Assembly: GCA_902779125.1 (NCBI GenBank)
Contig: CACZAC010000015.1
Coordinates: 4,155-68,154, forward strand
DNA length: 64,000 nt
Direction: 5' to 3'
Source of the DNA: an uncultured Bacteroidales bacterium
Lineage (GTDB): Bacteria; Bacteroidota; Bacteroidia; Bacteroidales; Muribaculaceae
Below are positions 38,952 to 49,300 of this stretch, one piece after another; within the stretch, counting starts at the first letter, position 1; every line of letters begins with the position of its first letter. A program made the translations under genes and the position numbers. The notes beneath the pieces are model-generated. The model ran no database searches, had not been told where the DNA came from, and worked only from the letters and a program-made list of their open reading frames with translations.

Positions 38952-39596
38952 TTATCCTAGAAATCTCATCGTCAGCATCACGCACAGGAAACCCAGCACA
39001 ACGCCAGCCAACACCTGCAATATGTCATGACGCCTGAGCGCCAGCCTTGCCGAACCCAGCGCACCCGCCACCACTATTGAGAGACACAGCAGCCACAGCA
39101 GGTCAAAGGCACTCAATCCCATCACATGAATCTGATAAATGAGCGCTATCACGCCACCGATGCCCGCCATGTGGGCACTGATTTTCCACTTGAGGTTAAT
39201 CAGCGCCATGAGCAGCGCAGTAATCGCCGAGCCCACCATGAACATCATGAACCATTGCGGCGAATGGCAGTAATACAGGTAATAGGCCGCCACAGCGTAG
39301 CACAGGGCCGTGAACAGGTAAGGGAACAGGCGTTGCTCACGAATGTTGACGTGCAGGTCCTTGACGAGCTTGAGATGCCGCAGCACACTCAAGAAGATGA
39401 GCGGCAGGATGCAAGTGATGCCCATGCACACCAGCAGCACCGACACACGGGTGCCATAGGGCAGCAGGCACAACACCGACACCCACAGCGCCAAAAAGAC
39501 GCCATAGGTGGGCATCATCAACGGGGTCAACGCCGTGGACAGGAAATGGGCCAGTCCAGCGATGCATTTATTGACTGTGAATCTTGTAATTGGCAT
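38952..39596 (-). CDS. PAP2-superfamily-like membrane protein
   Basis: Six to seven TM helices; REQRLFPY, KISAHMAG, RLALRRH motifs typical of a conserved Bacteroidetes family. Confidence 0.7.
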   Translation of the reverse strand: MPITRFTVNKCIAGLAHFLSTALTPLMMPTYGVFLALWVSVLCLLPYGTRVSVLLVCMGITCILPLIFLSVLRHLKLVKDLHVNIREQRLFPYLFTALCYAVAAYYLYYCHSPQWFMMFMVGSAITALLMALINLKWKISAHMAGIGGVIALIYQIHVMGLSAFDLLWLLCLSIVVAGALGSARLALRRHDILQVLAGVVLGFLCVMLTMRFLG

Positions 39597-39624
39597 TATC
39601 GGTTTTTTGTCTATAGTCTATAAC

Positions 39625-41085
39625 TCATTTGGCCATCTTGCGGCGGACGGTGCTGCTGGGGATATTGAGCGTGGTGCGGTACTTCGCCACCGTGCGACGC
39701 TCCAGTTGGTAACCCAGTTCCTTGAGGCGGTCACACAGGGCGTCATCGCTCAACGGATGGCGCTTGTCCTCGGCATCGACAATCTTCTTCAGGTCGTCAT
39801 ACACCTCGTGCCTTGACGCTCCGTTGATGTCCTCGCCAAAGAACGATTTCAGACTCCTCACGCCCCACGGCAGCTGCACATACTTGTTGCTCACCGCCCT
39901 CGACACGACCGAGACGTCCTTCCCAATCATGTCGGCTATCTGTTTCTGTCCCAGCGGTTTGAGGTCACGCTCGTCACCGCTGTAGAAATACTCCTGCTGG
40001 CACTTGACGATGGCGCTCATGGTGTTGAACAGCGTTTCCTGGCGCTGCTTGAGCACCTCGATGAACATGCTGGCGCGCTGATAGGCGTCCTGGATGCGTT
40101 TCTTGTCCTTGTTCTCGCTCACGCTCAGGGTGCTCGAGCTCTTCTTGTATCTATCGTTCATCAAGGCGTAGCTCTCGCTGATTTGCAGGGCAGGGATATT
40201 GTTGCGCAGGGTGACCGTCAAGCGGCCCGTTTCCCCGTCAAGTTCGACGTCAAAGTCGGGCGTCACCTGCTGGTTGCCGTCGTTGCGGGAACCGAAGGCG
40301 CTGCCAGGATAGGGATTCAACCCGCGCCTGATTTCATGCTTAAACACCTCCTCCAGACGACCCGATTCCACGCCCATCTTGCGCCCCAGCGCATCAAACC
40401 GCATGGCGGCAAAGTCATCAAAGTACTTGTCAACCATGGTGATGGCGAGGTCCACATTCTCGCTGTGCGGCTTGCGGCGCAGTTGCAGCAGAATACACTC
40501 GCGCAGGTCACGGGCGGCGATACCTGCCGGATCCAGCGACTGCACGACCTTTATCATCTCCTCGACCTGCTGGGCATCGACCATATAGCCATCGTTGAAG
40601 GTCACATCATCGGCAATCTCCGAAGCGCTGCGGCGCAGATAGCCGCTATCCTCCAGGTTGCCCACGATGGCGTTGGCAATGATTTGCTGGGTCTCGTCGA
40701 GTTCCAGCTCGCCCAGCTGGTCGGCGAGGTATTCCTGCAAGGTCTTCTCGCTCACCGCAGTGGGGGCATAATACTCGTCGTCACGGCTATGGTTGTTGGC
40801 AATGAAGCGATACCAAGCCACGGCATCATCGTCACCGCTGTTCTCGTTGACGCTGTCGTCGTTAGCGCGCCTTTCGTCGGCGGCACGGCTGTTGTTCTCG
40901 GGGTTCTGCTCATTGTCTTCATCGTCCGACACTTTTTCAAGCGCCTGATTCTCACTGACCTTGTTGTCGATAAACTCGGCCATCTCGGCATCGCTTTTTT
41001 CCAGCACCAGGCCCAACAGGCGTTGCTGTTCCAGTGCCAAGCGTTGCGTTTGCTTCTGTTCTTGTGTGAGTCGCTGTACTGCCAT
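39625..41085 (-). CDS. rpoN: RNA polymerase sigma-54 factor
   Basis: Q-rich N-terminus, GNLEDSGYL, DPAGIAARDLRECILLQL, RpoN box ERRTVAKYR. Start moved to 41085 because a TATCTTTG box at 41114-41121 lies inside the ORF-track leader. Confidence 0.93.
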   Translation of the reverse strand: MAVQRLTQEQKQTQRLALEQQRLLGLVLEKSDAEMAEFIDNKVSENQALEKVSDDEDNEQNPENNSRAADERRANDDSVNENSGDDDAVAWYRFIANNHSRDDEYYAPTAVSEKTLQEYLADQLGELELDETQQIIANAIVGNLEDSGYLRRSASEIADDVTFNDGYMVDAQQVEEMIKVVQSLDPAGIAARDLRECILLQLRRKPHSENVDLAITMVDKYFDDFAAMRFDALGRKMGVESGRLEEVFKHEIRRGLNPYPGSAFGSRNDGNQQVTPDFDVELDGETGRLTVTLRNNIPALQISESYALMNDRYKKSSSTLSVSENKDKKRIQDAYQRASMFIEVLKQRQETLFNTMSAIVKCQQEYFYSGDERDLKPLGQKQIADMIGKDVSVVSRAVSNKYVQLPWGVRSLKSFFGEDINGASRHEVYDDLKKIVDAEDKRHPLSDDALCDRLKELGYQLERRTVAKYRTTLNIPSSTVRRKMAK

Positions 41086-41250
41086 GATTGTAAGAGGTTT
41101 TGTGTTTAACTTACAAAGATACACAATAAATGGAAACAATCAGGCACAATACCGACCTTTTTATGATTTTTTGAAAAAAAACAATAGCGAGCGTGATGCT
41201 CGCTACACTCCCATTCTGTAGGGCCTCGCCTTGGCGTGGCCGCCACTGTA

Positions 41251-41761
41251 CGCCCTCACGCTAAGCCGCAAAGACGCAAAGTATATAATATGGAAAACAA
41301 CAAGCACAACAAATACAAAGCGGATGCCATATATAAATCTTAGCGGCTTTGCGTCTTGGCGTGAAGCAAATCGGGTGCGGAGCCCCTCTAAACCCTAAAC
41401 TCTAAACCCTAAACTGCGAGCGCAGCGAGCATCACGCGCCTTAGCGTGAGGCAAATCGGGTGCGGAGCCCCTCTAAACTCTTAACCCTAAACTGCGAGCG
41501 CAGCGAGCATCACGCGTCTTGGCGTGAGGCAAATCGGGTGCGGAGCCCCTCTAAACCCTAAACTCTAAACCATAAACTGCGAGCGCAGCGAGCATCACGC
41601 GTCTTAGCGTGAGGCAAATCGGGTGCGGAGCCTCTCTAAACTCTAAACTCTAAACCCTAAACTGCGAGCGCAGCGAGCATCACGCGTCTTAGCGTGAGGC
41701 AAATCGGGTGCGGAGCCTCTCTAAACACTAAACCCTAAACTGCGAGCAACGCGAGCATCAC
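41251..41761. repeat. Inverted-repeat element followed by five tandem 78/85-bp units
   Basis: Units start at 41351, 41436, 41514, 41599 and 41684 (85, 78, 85, 85, 78 bp); they differ by one (c/t)ctaaac-type heptamer. The IR pair cacgctaagccgcaaagacgcaaag / ttagcggctttgcgtcttggcgtg spans 41257-41363. Confidence 0.92.
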
Positions 41762-43332
41762 TATCTGACGATGATTTTCTTGCCGTTGTGGATGTAGATG
41801 CCGGGGGCGGTGGGGACGTCCTTGCCCACGGATTGACCCATTAGGTTGTAGTAGTTGTCGTCCTGCGGACGCGGAGACCTGTCGGCCACCACCTCGTCGA
41901 TGCCCACGTGGATGTCAGGATTATAATACATACCCTTGTAGATGATCTCGTCACCCTCGACTACATGACTTAAACGGTAATCCACCTGAAATCCCGCAAT
42001 TAGTTTTTCAAAATAGAACAAGGGGAAGCCCGCGTAACCATCGTAACCGATACCTTCTATTATTCTATCATCATTATAGTGAATCGTGCGATAGTGATGA
42101 CATTTTCTTGATCTATCACCTATCGAGAGCATATCGGTATTATTATAGATGATTTGATCAATATACATTTCATACTCATCCCACCATATTGGGGGGAACA
42201 AACCATCATACAGCTCAATCGGGTCATTAAAATCATACAGAATGAACTCTTCATCTGGAATGACGTTACCAGAAATGCCTTCATACCCTACATACTTGCC
42301 CAAGCCAACAGGACACTGAGGATACCAGTTGCCTTCAGGCAGCAAGGCATAGACCACCTTATCCTGCTCACGAAGATAAGCTGGAACAAAATCCAGATCT
42401 ACTGACTCGCCATTAGCATTATAGCTTTTCAACAATACGGGCTTGTATTCCTTTCCGTTGATGACTTTGCTTCCTTTAAACTCAAATGAGTAGTACTGCA
42501 CACCCTCAGGCATATTTAAAACTCCATCTGCAAAGGGGTTGTTATAGTAGTACACCCACTTCACGCCCTCGCGAACAAACGGCACATACCTGTAACCGAT
42601 CCGATCTTTTACTTCTTCATTCCAATCATAATCATCAGGATCATAGATAATCTCTCCATCCTCTATGACACGAATCAATTTAACTGCCATGTATCCAGAG
42701 CTACCCGCATACATCGGCAGAAAAAAGGATAGGGGATAAGTGTTTCGGGCTTCCATGCCAATACCCTCAATCACTCTTATGCCACCTAAATATTGAATAT
42801 CTCCACCATATCTTTTTACATGATGATTGCCAATTGTAATAATATTTGTAAAAATAAGCTCAAAAGTAGTCATATAACTATTTGCAAAATCCATCCAGTA
42901 GGCTATTGGATTTTTGAAATCATATAGTATGAACTCCTTTCCTTCTCGGATGGATTCCAAGTCACTGGGCTTCCAATAGTTTCCATATATTGGACAGTCG
43001 TAATAAGTCTTCCCATCGGGAACCAGAGCATATACCACTTTATTCTCCTCACGCATACAGACAGGTACCGTGTCACTTTCGCTATTGATGGATTCACCAT
43101 GATACTTGTGCATGAGTTTATAGGTCTTGCCATTAATGACCGTATCACCCTTGAACTCAAGGTTCAGATACGAAACTTCAGAAGGTGTATCTGACATTGG
43201 CTGATAATCACCGCAGAAAGCATACACCCACTTTACGCCCTCGCGAACAAACGGGACGTACTCGTATTCCTGGGCCACCATCTGGGTCATCCCCAGCAGG
43301 GCTAACATTGCAAATAGTATTGTCTTTTTCAT
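41761..43332 (-). CDS. Secreted surface protein with two copies of a 'YVPFVREGVKW' domain and a T9SS-like C-terminus
   Basis: Signal peptide; internal duplication; C-terminal YYNLMGQSVGKDVPTAPGIYIHNGKKIIVR. Confidence 0.85.
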   Translation of the reverse strand: MKKTILFAMLALLGMTQMVAQEYEYVPFVREGVKWVYAFCGDYQPMSDTPSEVSYLNLEFKGDTVINGKTYKLMHKYHGESINSESDTVPVCMREENKVVYALVPDGKTYYDCPIYGNYWKPSDLESIREGKEFILYDFKNPIAYWMDFANSYMTTFELIFTNIITIGNHHVKRYGGDIQYLGGIRVIEGIGMEARNTYPLSFFLPMYAGSSGYMAVKLIRVIEDGEIIYDPDDYDWNEEVKDRIGYRYVPFVREGVKWVYYYNNPFADGVLNMPEGVQYYSFEFKGSKVINGKEYKPVLLKSYNANGESVDLDFVPAYLREQDKVVYALLPEGNWYPQCPVGLGKYVGYEGISGNVIPDEEFILYDFNDPIELYDGLFPPIWWDEYEMYIDQIIYNNTDMLSIGDRSRKCHHYRTIHYNDDRIIEGIGYDGYAGFPLFYFEKLIAGFQVDYRLSHVVEGDEIIYKGMYYNPDIHVGIDEVVADRSPRPQDDNYYNLMGQSVGKDVPTAPGIYIHNGKKIIVR

Positions 43333-43435
43333 ACCTTGAATGATTTAGTTGTTATTGTTTATTGATATATACTTTACAAAGGTATAACAATTCACAGTTA
43401 TTCACATCTACCCCATATTTACGGATGCTGATGTC

Positions 43436-43735
43436 ACTCTAAACCCTAAACTGCGAGCAACGTGAGCATCAGTGCGGATGCCAAATTCGCATAATCCACT
43501 TAATTCGCCGACAAAAAACAAGTACGGAAGCAAAAATAACATAGCGCTTTTGTGCCTCACGCTAAGACGCTAAGACACGATGTTTTTTCTAATAAAAGAC
43601 AATAAGTACAACAAATACAAAGCGGATGCCATATATAAATCTTCGCGGCTTTGCGCCTTGGCGTGAGAGCCAAAGAACGCGTAAGCCTCTCTAAACTCTA
43701 AACCCTAAACTCTAAACCGCGAGCAACGCGAGCAT
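43436..43735. repeat. Partial copies of the 41.3-kb repeat family on the other side of the gene
   Basis: ctctaaaccctaaactgcgagcaac (43436), ctcacgctaagacgctaagac (43556), acaacaaatacaaagcggatgccatatataaatctt (43607-43642; also at about 41305-41341), heptamer run plus gcgagcaacgcgagcat (43686-43735). Confidence 0.85.
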
Positions 43736-43792
43736 AATTTTAATGTGCCAATGGGTCTATTGAGCAAAAAATGTTACCTTTGTGGCTGATTT

Positions 43793-45190
43793 ATGCAATT
43801 TGACACTTATACATACGCCCTGTTTCTTCCCCTGGTGTTCTTTATTTACTGGGGGCTGCGCAAGCATCTGCGCTGGCAGAACCTGTTCCTGCTGGTTGCG
43901 AGTTATGTGTTCTATGGCTGGTGGGACTGGCGCATGTTGAGCCTTATTCTGCTCACGTCGTTGTCCACCTGGGGCACGGCGCTGCTGATGAAGGGCAACC
44001 GCTCGCGTGGCGACAAATTGCTGGCGGCAGGCAATGTGGTGCTGAACATGGGCATCCTGTGTGTTTTCAAGTACCTGAACTTCCTGCGCGACAGTTTTGT
44101 TGACCTGTTGGGCCTGTTCGGTGTGGCTCCCGACTGGCCGACAATCAACATCCTGCTGCCGGTGGGTATCTCATTCTACACTTTCCAGGCCATCAGCTAC
44201 ACCATCGACGTGTATCGCGGTGACATCAAGCCGACGCGCAATGTGGTGGCGTTCTGTGTGTTTATTGCGTTTTTCCCGCAGCTGGTTGCCGGCCCCATTG
44301 AGCGTGCCACCAACCTGTTGCCGCAGTTCCTGCGGAAGAAGGAGTTTGACTACGATACGGCAGTGGTGGGCATGCGCCAGATACTGTGGGGACTTGCCAA
44401 GAAGATTATCATCGCCAACAGTGTGGGCTACTATGTGGACCAGTTGCTCTACAACCCCTACTATTACAGCTCGTGGAGCATGATATGGGCGGGTATCCTG
44501 TTCGCCGTGCAGATTTATGCCGACTTCTCGGGTTATAGCGACATCGCTATCGGCTCGGCGCGCTTGCTCAACATCAGGTTGAAGGCCAACTTCAACTATC
44601 CTTTCTTCTCGCGCAACATGAAGGAACTGTGGCAGCGCTGGCACATCTCGCTGATGACGTGGTTCCGTCATTATGTCTATTTCCCGCTGGGAGGCTCGCG
44701 TCGCGGCAAGTGGCGCACCGCGTTGAACATGATGATAGTGTTCTCGCTGTCGGGTCTGTGGCACGGTGCCGACTGGACGTTCGTCATCTGGGGTACCGTC
44801 AACGGCCTGCTGTTGCTGCCCTATGTGTTCCTGCCTCGCAAGAAGCTGAGCGACCATGCTACGCTGCGTGACATCCCACGCTGTCTGTTGACGTTCTTCC
44901 TGTTCGCCATGGTGTTTATCGCCTTCCGTGCCAACGGAATCGCACACCTGGGCGAAATATGTGACGTGATTGTTAACGGCTCGTGGCGCATGCGCCCCGT
45001 CTTTGGGCAGCCTATCTTCTACATCGTGCCCTTCTTCATCATTGAGTGGCTGGGACGCAAGCAGGAATTCCCCATCATGCGACTGCCGTTCCCCACGGTG
45101 GTGCGTTGGATTATCTATTGGGCTCTGCTCGTGGGCATCTCGATTGCCAGCCTGGACCGCAACATGCAGTTTATCTATTTCCAGTTCTAG
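43793..45190 (+). CDS. MBOAT family O-acyltransferase (AlgI/DltB/PatA-like)
   Basis: FKYLNF, LPVGISFYTFQ, FFPQLVAGPIER, DFSGYSDIAIG, NFNYPF, WQRWHISL, LSGLWHGA. Confidence 0.95.
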   Translation: MQFDTYTYALFLPLVFFIYWGLRKHLRWQNLFLLVASYVFYGWWDWRMLSLILLTSLSTWGTALLMKGNRSRGDKLLAAGNVVLNMGILCVFKYLNFLRDSFVDLLGLFGVAPDWPTINILLPVGISFYTFQAISYTIDVYRGDIKPTRNVVAFCVFIAFFPQLVAGPIERATNLLPQFLRKKEFDYDTAVVGMRQILWGLAKKIIIANSVGYYVDQLLYNPYYYSSWSMIWAGILFAVQIYADFSGYSDIAIGSARLLNIRLKANFNYPFFSRNMKELWQRWHISLMTWFRHYVYFPLGGSRRGKWRTALNMMIVFSLSGLWHGADWTFVIWGTVNGLLLLPYVFLPRKKLSDHATLRDIPRCLLTFFLFAMVFIAFRANGIAHLGEICDVIVNGSWRMRPVFGQPIFYIVPFFIIEWLGRKQEFPIMRLPFPTVVRWIIYWALLVGISIASLDRNMQFIYFQF

Positions 45191-45220
45191 TTTTCATCTA
45201 GCGCCTAAAGCCTATATACG

Positions 45221-46267
45221 ATGATGCGTCAGGGATTCAAAAAGTTTGTGTGTCGTTCACTGCTGGCATTGCTGCCAGTAGCGGCTTTTGTCGCACTTTA
45301 TCTGGTGGTGGATCCTTTCAAGGTGGTTCACCGCTATGACGGCATCTCGATTGCTCCCGGCGACACCTTGGAGCGCATGCCCAACAAGCGGTATGTCGCC
45401 ATCGAGGGCCTGAAGTTCTATAATGCAGAGCATCACTATGACTCATTCATCTTCGGGTCGTCGATTTCATCCAATTTTACTGCTGCAGCGTGGAAAAAGC
45501 ATCTGCCTGCTGATGCCAGTGTCTATCACTTCACTGCTGGTGCCGAGACCCTGACCGGTATCCGCGACGAGTTGAATTATCTCATCACCCATGGCTATCC
45601 TGTCCGCCATGCGCTATTGATTGTCGAGGAAGAAATGTTCACGCGCCCCAATCGCTACGAGGAGATGCCCTTTGTGCCGCACTATGACGTCTCGCCTGAG
45701 ATATCGTGGCTGCATTTCCAGCGTGTGCATTTCAATGCCTTTCGTGACCCGGATATGCTGCTCTATCAGTTATGGCCCACCAAGCGCATGGCCGACCAGC
45801 TGCTGATGGACGGCAAGATGACCACCATTCCCAGCGGTCGTGACGAGGTGACCAATGAGGACTCCAGCGCGGGGCTGGATTCGGTTCTGTTGCAGGACCC
45901 CGACAAGTTTTACAAGGAGCAGCGTCCCTGGCTGATTGACATGCAGCCTCTGCCCAACGCTTTGCCCTTGCGCATTGATGCCCGTAATGAGTCGCTGCTG
46001 CGCGACATTGCAGCCCTGTTGCATGACAACCATGTTGACTATGTGGTGATTGTGCCCCCACGTTTCCGCAGTCAGCCATTGTCGCCAGTGGACCATGCCC
46101 TGATGTGCGAAATCATGGGTGATGACAGGGTGAACGATTTCAGCAACGACAGCACTCTGATTCATGACCTGCACAGTTACTATGACGGGGTACATATCCT
46201 CACTTACCGCTGCTCCGAGTTGATTGACCGCAGTTACGCTCCCAAGAGTCCATTGAAATTGCGTTGA
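45221..46267 (+). CDS. Membrane-anchored partner of the MBOAT (AlgJ/DltD/SGNH-like)
   Basis: N-terminal TM, VDPF, FIFGSS, YYDGVH (DxxH-like); co-transcribed with the MBOAT. Confidence 0.7.
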   Translation: MMRQGFKKFVCRSLLALLPVAAFVALYLVVDPFKVVHRYDGISIAPGDTLERMPNKRYVAIEGLKFYNAEHHYDSFIFGSSISSNFTAAAWKKHLPADASVYHFTAGAETLTGIRDELNYLITHGYPVRHALLIVEEEMFTRPNRYEEMPFVPHYDVSPEISWLHFQRVHFNAFRDPDMLLYQLWPTKRMADQLLMDGKMTTIPSGRDEVTNEDSSAGLDSVLLQDPDKFYKEQRPWLIDMQPLPNALPLRIDARNESLLRDIAALLHDNHVDYVVIVPPRFRSQPLSPVDHALMCEIMGDDRVNDFSNDSTLIHDLHSYYDGVHILTYRCSELIDRSYAPKSPLKLR

Positions 46268-46290
46268 TTCCATCACCTTGAAGATACCAA

Positions 46291-46321
46291 GAGGGCGCAC
46301 CGCAATCGACGGTGCGCCCTC
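46291..46321. terminator. Hairpin between convergent genes
   Basis: gagggcgcaccg-caatcga-cggtgcgccctc perfect 12-bp stem. Confidence 0.75.
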
Positions 46322-46356
46322 TCATGTTGTATCAGGTGTCTTGGGTTTGTCGCTGA

Positions 46357-49300
46357 TTACTCCATGCCAAGCACGAGGTCAATGAGGTCTGCCACATCAG
46401 CAATGCTCACCTTGTTGTCGCCATTGACGTCGGCAGCGTCCAAGTTGATGGTAACGAATTCTTCGCCCATGGCCAGATAGTCGATGAGATCGGCCACGTC
46501 AGTAATGCTGATTTTGCCATCATTGTTCACATCACCGAGCAGGAAGTCAGGACCATCTTCGGCGTTCTCGTCGAGAACAATTTGGAACTGGGTGGCTTCG
46601 CTCGTTTTGATATTTGCGGCATAGGCCTCAAAGGCGTTGACTTTACCCGTCGCTGCTTTCACAAAGAAGCTACCTTCATTGTTAAGGAAGTAAGCATCCT
46701 CCACGGTCTTCTGGGCATATTCGCCGTTCACCATGTGGTAGGTGCCGCTGGTGATGGCGCTGGGATTGGGTTTCACGGTCACGTTGCTGGCGCTGAAGAC
46801 ATAGGTCTTGCCGCGCATGTCGGTGCCGTTGGCGCCATCGTAGGGTGCCACGAAGTAGGGTACGTTGGCCTCGAGTTGGTTGCCCATGTATTCGGCGAGC
46901 AGTCGTGCCTCGTCGGCGCTGTCTTCCTCCTTGTCGAAGTTGCAGATCCACAGCCCCTTGGCGTCTGCCTTGCTATGCATCCAGTCGATGGCGTTGCCGT
47001 CGGCAGTGACACTGGTGGCAGCAAAGGGCAATACCATCGTGCTCCAACCGCCCGTTTGTCCGGCGTGGCGGCCGCGGGTGAAGGTGCGCTCATAGCTGAT
47101 ATTGGCTGCCGAGAAACGGTAGGGAGCATAGAAGTCATAGCCGTGCTTGAGGATGATGTCGCGTTGTGCCACATGGTTCTGGATGACATTCCTGGCCTCA
47201 AGACCTGCGGGAATGTATTTCTCAGAGTTGCCAATGTAGTACAGCGTGTTGGGATTCTCGTTGGGAATCAACGAGGTCAGGTCAAGGCCTTCGATGCTGA
47301 CAGCCGCAGCATTCTCGGGCACGCGGATGCCGTTGTAGGGCTTGTAGCCCACGCGGTTGCCGTTACCGTCCCATACGACCATACCACGGTCAATGGTATA
47401 ATACTTGGACTCACCGGGATTAACAAGGTTGGTAGTCACCTCGTTCTCATTGCGGCCAAAGATGTTGAGCGCATATCGAGAGCCGAAGGCCAGGTTGTCA
47501 AACTCGAAGTAGAACGTCTGTGTCTCTCCAGCGGGGATGAGCACGTTGCGGCTCAGGTAAGTAATCATGGTGCCGTGGTTGTTCTCGTCAACGATGAACA
47601 ACGGAGCCAGGATGTAACGGTTGTACTCGCCCTCGGTATTGTTGTTGGTGACTTCGACCTTGAACTTGATGTGGCTGTCATAGATGACCATGTTCTCATC
47701 GGCGTTCAGGGCATTGATTTCAACGCTCAGGTTCATGGGATATACCGTGGAGCCTGCAATGTTCACCGAACCAGTGCCAGGGATGCCGGAATTCCATGAG
47801 CTGTCGAAGGTGGACAGGTGGGCGCTCTTGTTGCCGGCATTCTTCGGGGTGAAGTTGAAGGTCACCACCTTGGTGCCGCCGGCAGGTATCTCGGCTTCGA
47901 CGACGGTGGTGTACTCGCCGTACTCGTCCATCGGCTCATTGTCAACATAGAGGAACAGTCGTCCGCTGTAGCGGTCGCCGCTGTTGTTCTTGACTGTCAC
48001 ATGGCATTGCTCGGCAAGACCGACTTTCTCGCCACCGGTAAATTCAAAGTTGGTGGCCTCCAGGTTGACAATCGGGTGGTCGGTCATCGTAATCATGTTG
48101 CCGTTGATGGTGGCCTGGATGTAGTAGCGGTCACTTTCAATCATCGGTTTCCAGTCGTTGCTGCCCTGCACACTGCTCACGGGAACAATCTTATAGTCAC
48201 CGTTGGGGAGGTCTTTACCGAAGGGGTAGGTAATCGAGCTCTGGTTTTCGGGCCAACTGTCGGTGATGGAAATGAAGCTCGTGCCGTAGTAGGTCTGGGC
48301 AATGATTTCGATGAAGTTGTCGTTGGCGTCATACAAGGCAATACCGCGCAGGTATTTGGTGCCGTCGTCGATGTGGTCCTCGGCGGTCACCTTGATGTAG
48401 CGGCGCTTGTTGAGCTTGAAATAGCCGTCATCGCTGCGCTCAAACGAGCGTGTGCCGGTATAATACATGTTCCAGACCGTCAGGCGGTGGTCTACTTCTT
48501 CGGGTTGGCCGCTGTAACCGGGCTGAATGCCGATGATGGCGGTCTGGTCAATGTTGTAGCCTTCCAGACTGGTTGTGGCACCGATGCCGCCAGCATAGGG
48601 GTTGAGCACCGAAAGCACGAAGTAGCCGTCACCCAGGCCACCCCAGCCCCAGTTGATGTGGAAATAGTCGCCATAAGCATAGCCGTCGCACACAAACGAG
48701 TGTCCGCCACCCGTACCTGCACGGCCATTGTAAATCATGGGACGGCCCTCGACCAACTCGTTGTAAATCATATCTTCCCATTGGGCCTGGTCATAGTCGC
48801 TGCGGTAAACCAGCTTTGCGTCATAGTTGAAGTAGTCGTTGAGCGCTGTGGGAATATAGGGGTCGCTGGTGCTCGAGGCATTCAATCCGTACTGCATGTG
48901 AGCAGCACAACCGGCATAGAGCATGAGCCATGCCACGGCATCTTTTTCGGCTTGCGTCTCGGCACCGGTGTAGCGGTCCTTCATGTTGTCCCAATCAAAG
49001 TACATGGGTTCCAGCATGTCGGTTTCAAAAACGCCATATTCCTCGTTCATGTAGAAGGTCACAAGATAAGAAGGAATGGGTTGTGAGATGCTCAACGGGA
49101 ACTTGTAATAGTTCATAATCTGCGCCATCGAGGTCGCTACACAGCCAGTATAAGCCAGTTCGCCCACGGTGTCACCCTCCTCGGTGATGTCCATGAACTC
49201 AGGGCAATGGTCCCAGTAGGGAGCGCCCTGGTCCCAGTGGCTGGTCACCAGCGGGGAGATGCTGTTGCGGGTGGGACGCGGGGTCGAGAAACCGGTGCCG

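Noticed and set aside
41388-41740. CCCTAAA heptamers identical to the plant-type telomere repeat
   Set aside because: Only short mixed runs (ccctaaa/ctctaaa) embedded in a bacterial composite repeat within a continuous bacterial gene context; coincidence is more likely than contamination.
41351-41761. Possible CRISPR array
   Set aside because: The units are near-identical end to end with no unique spacers, are 78-85 bp long, and no cas gene is in the window.
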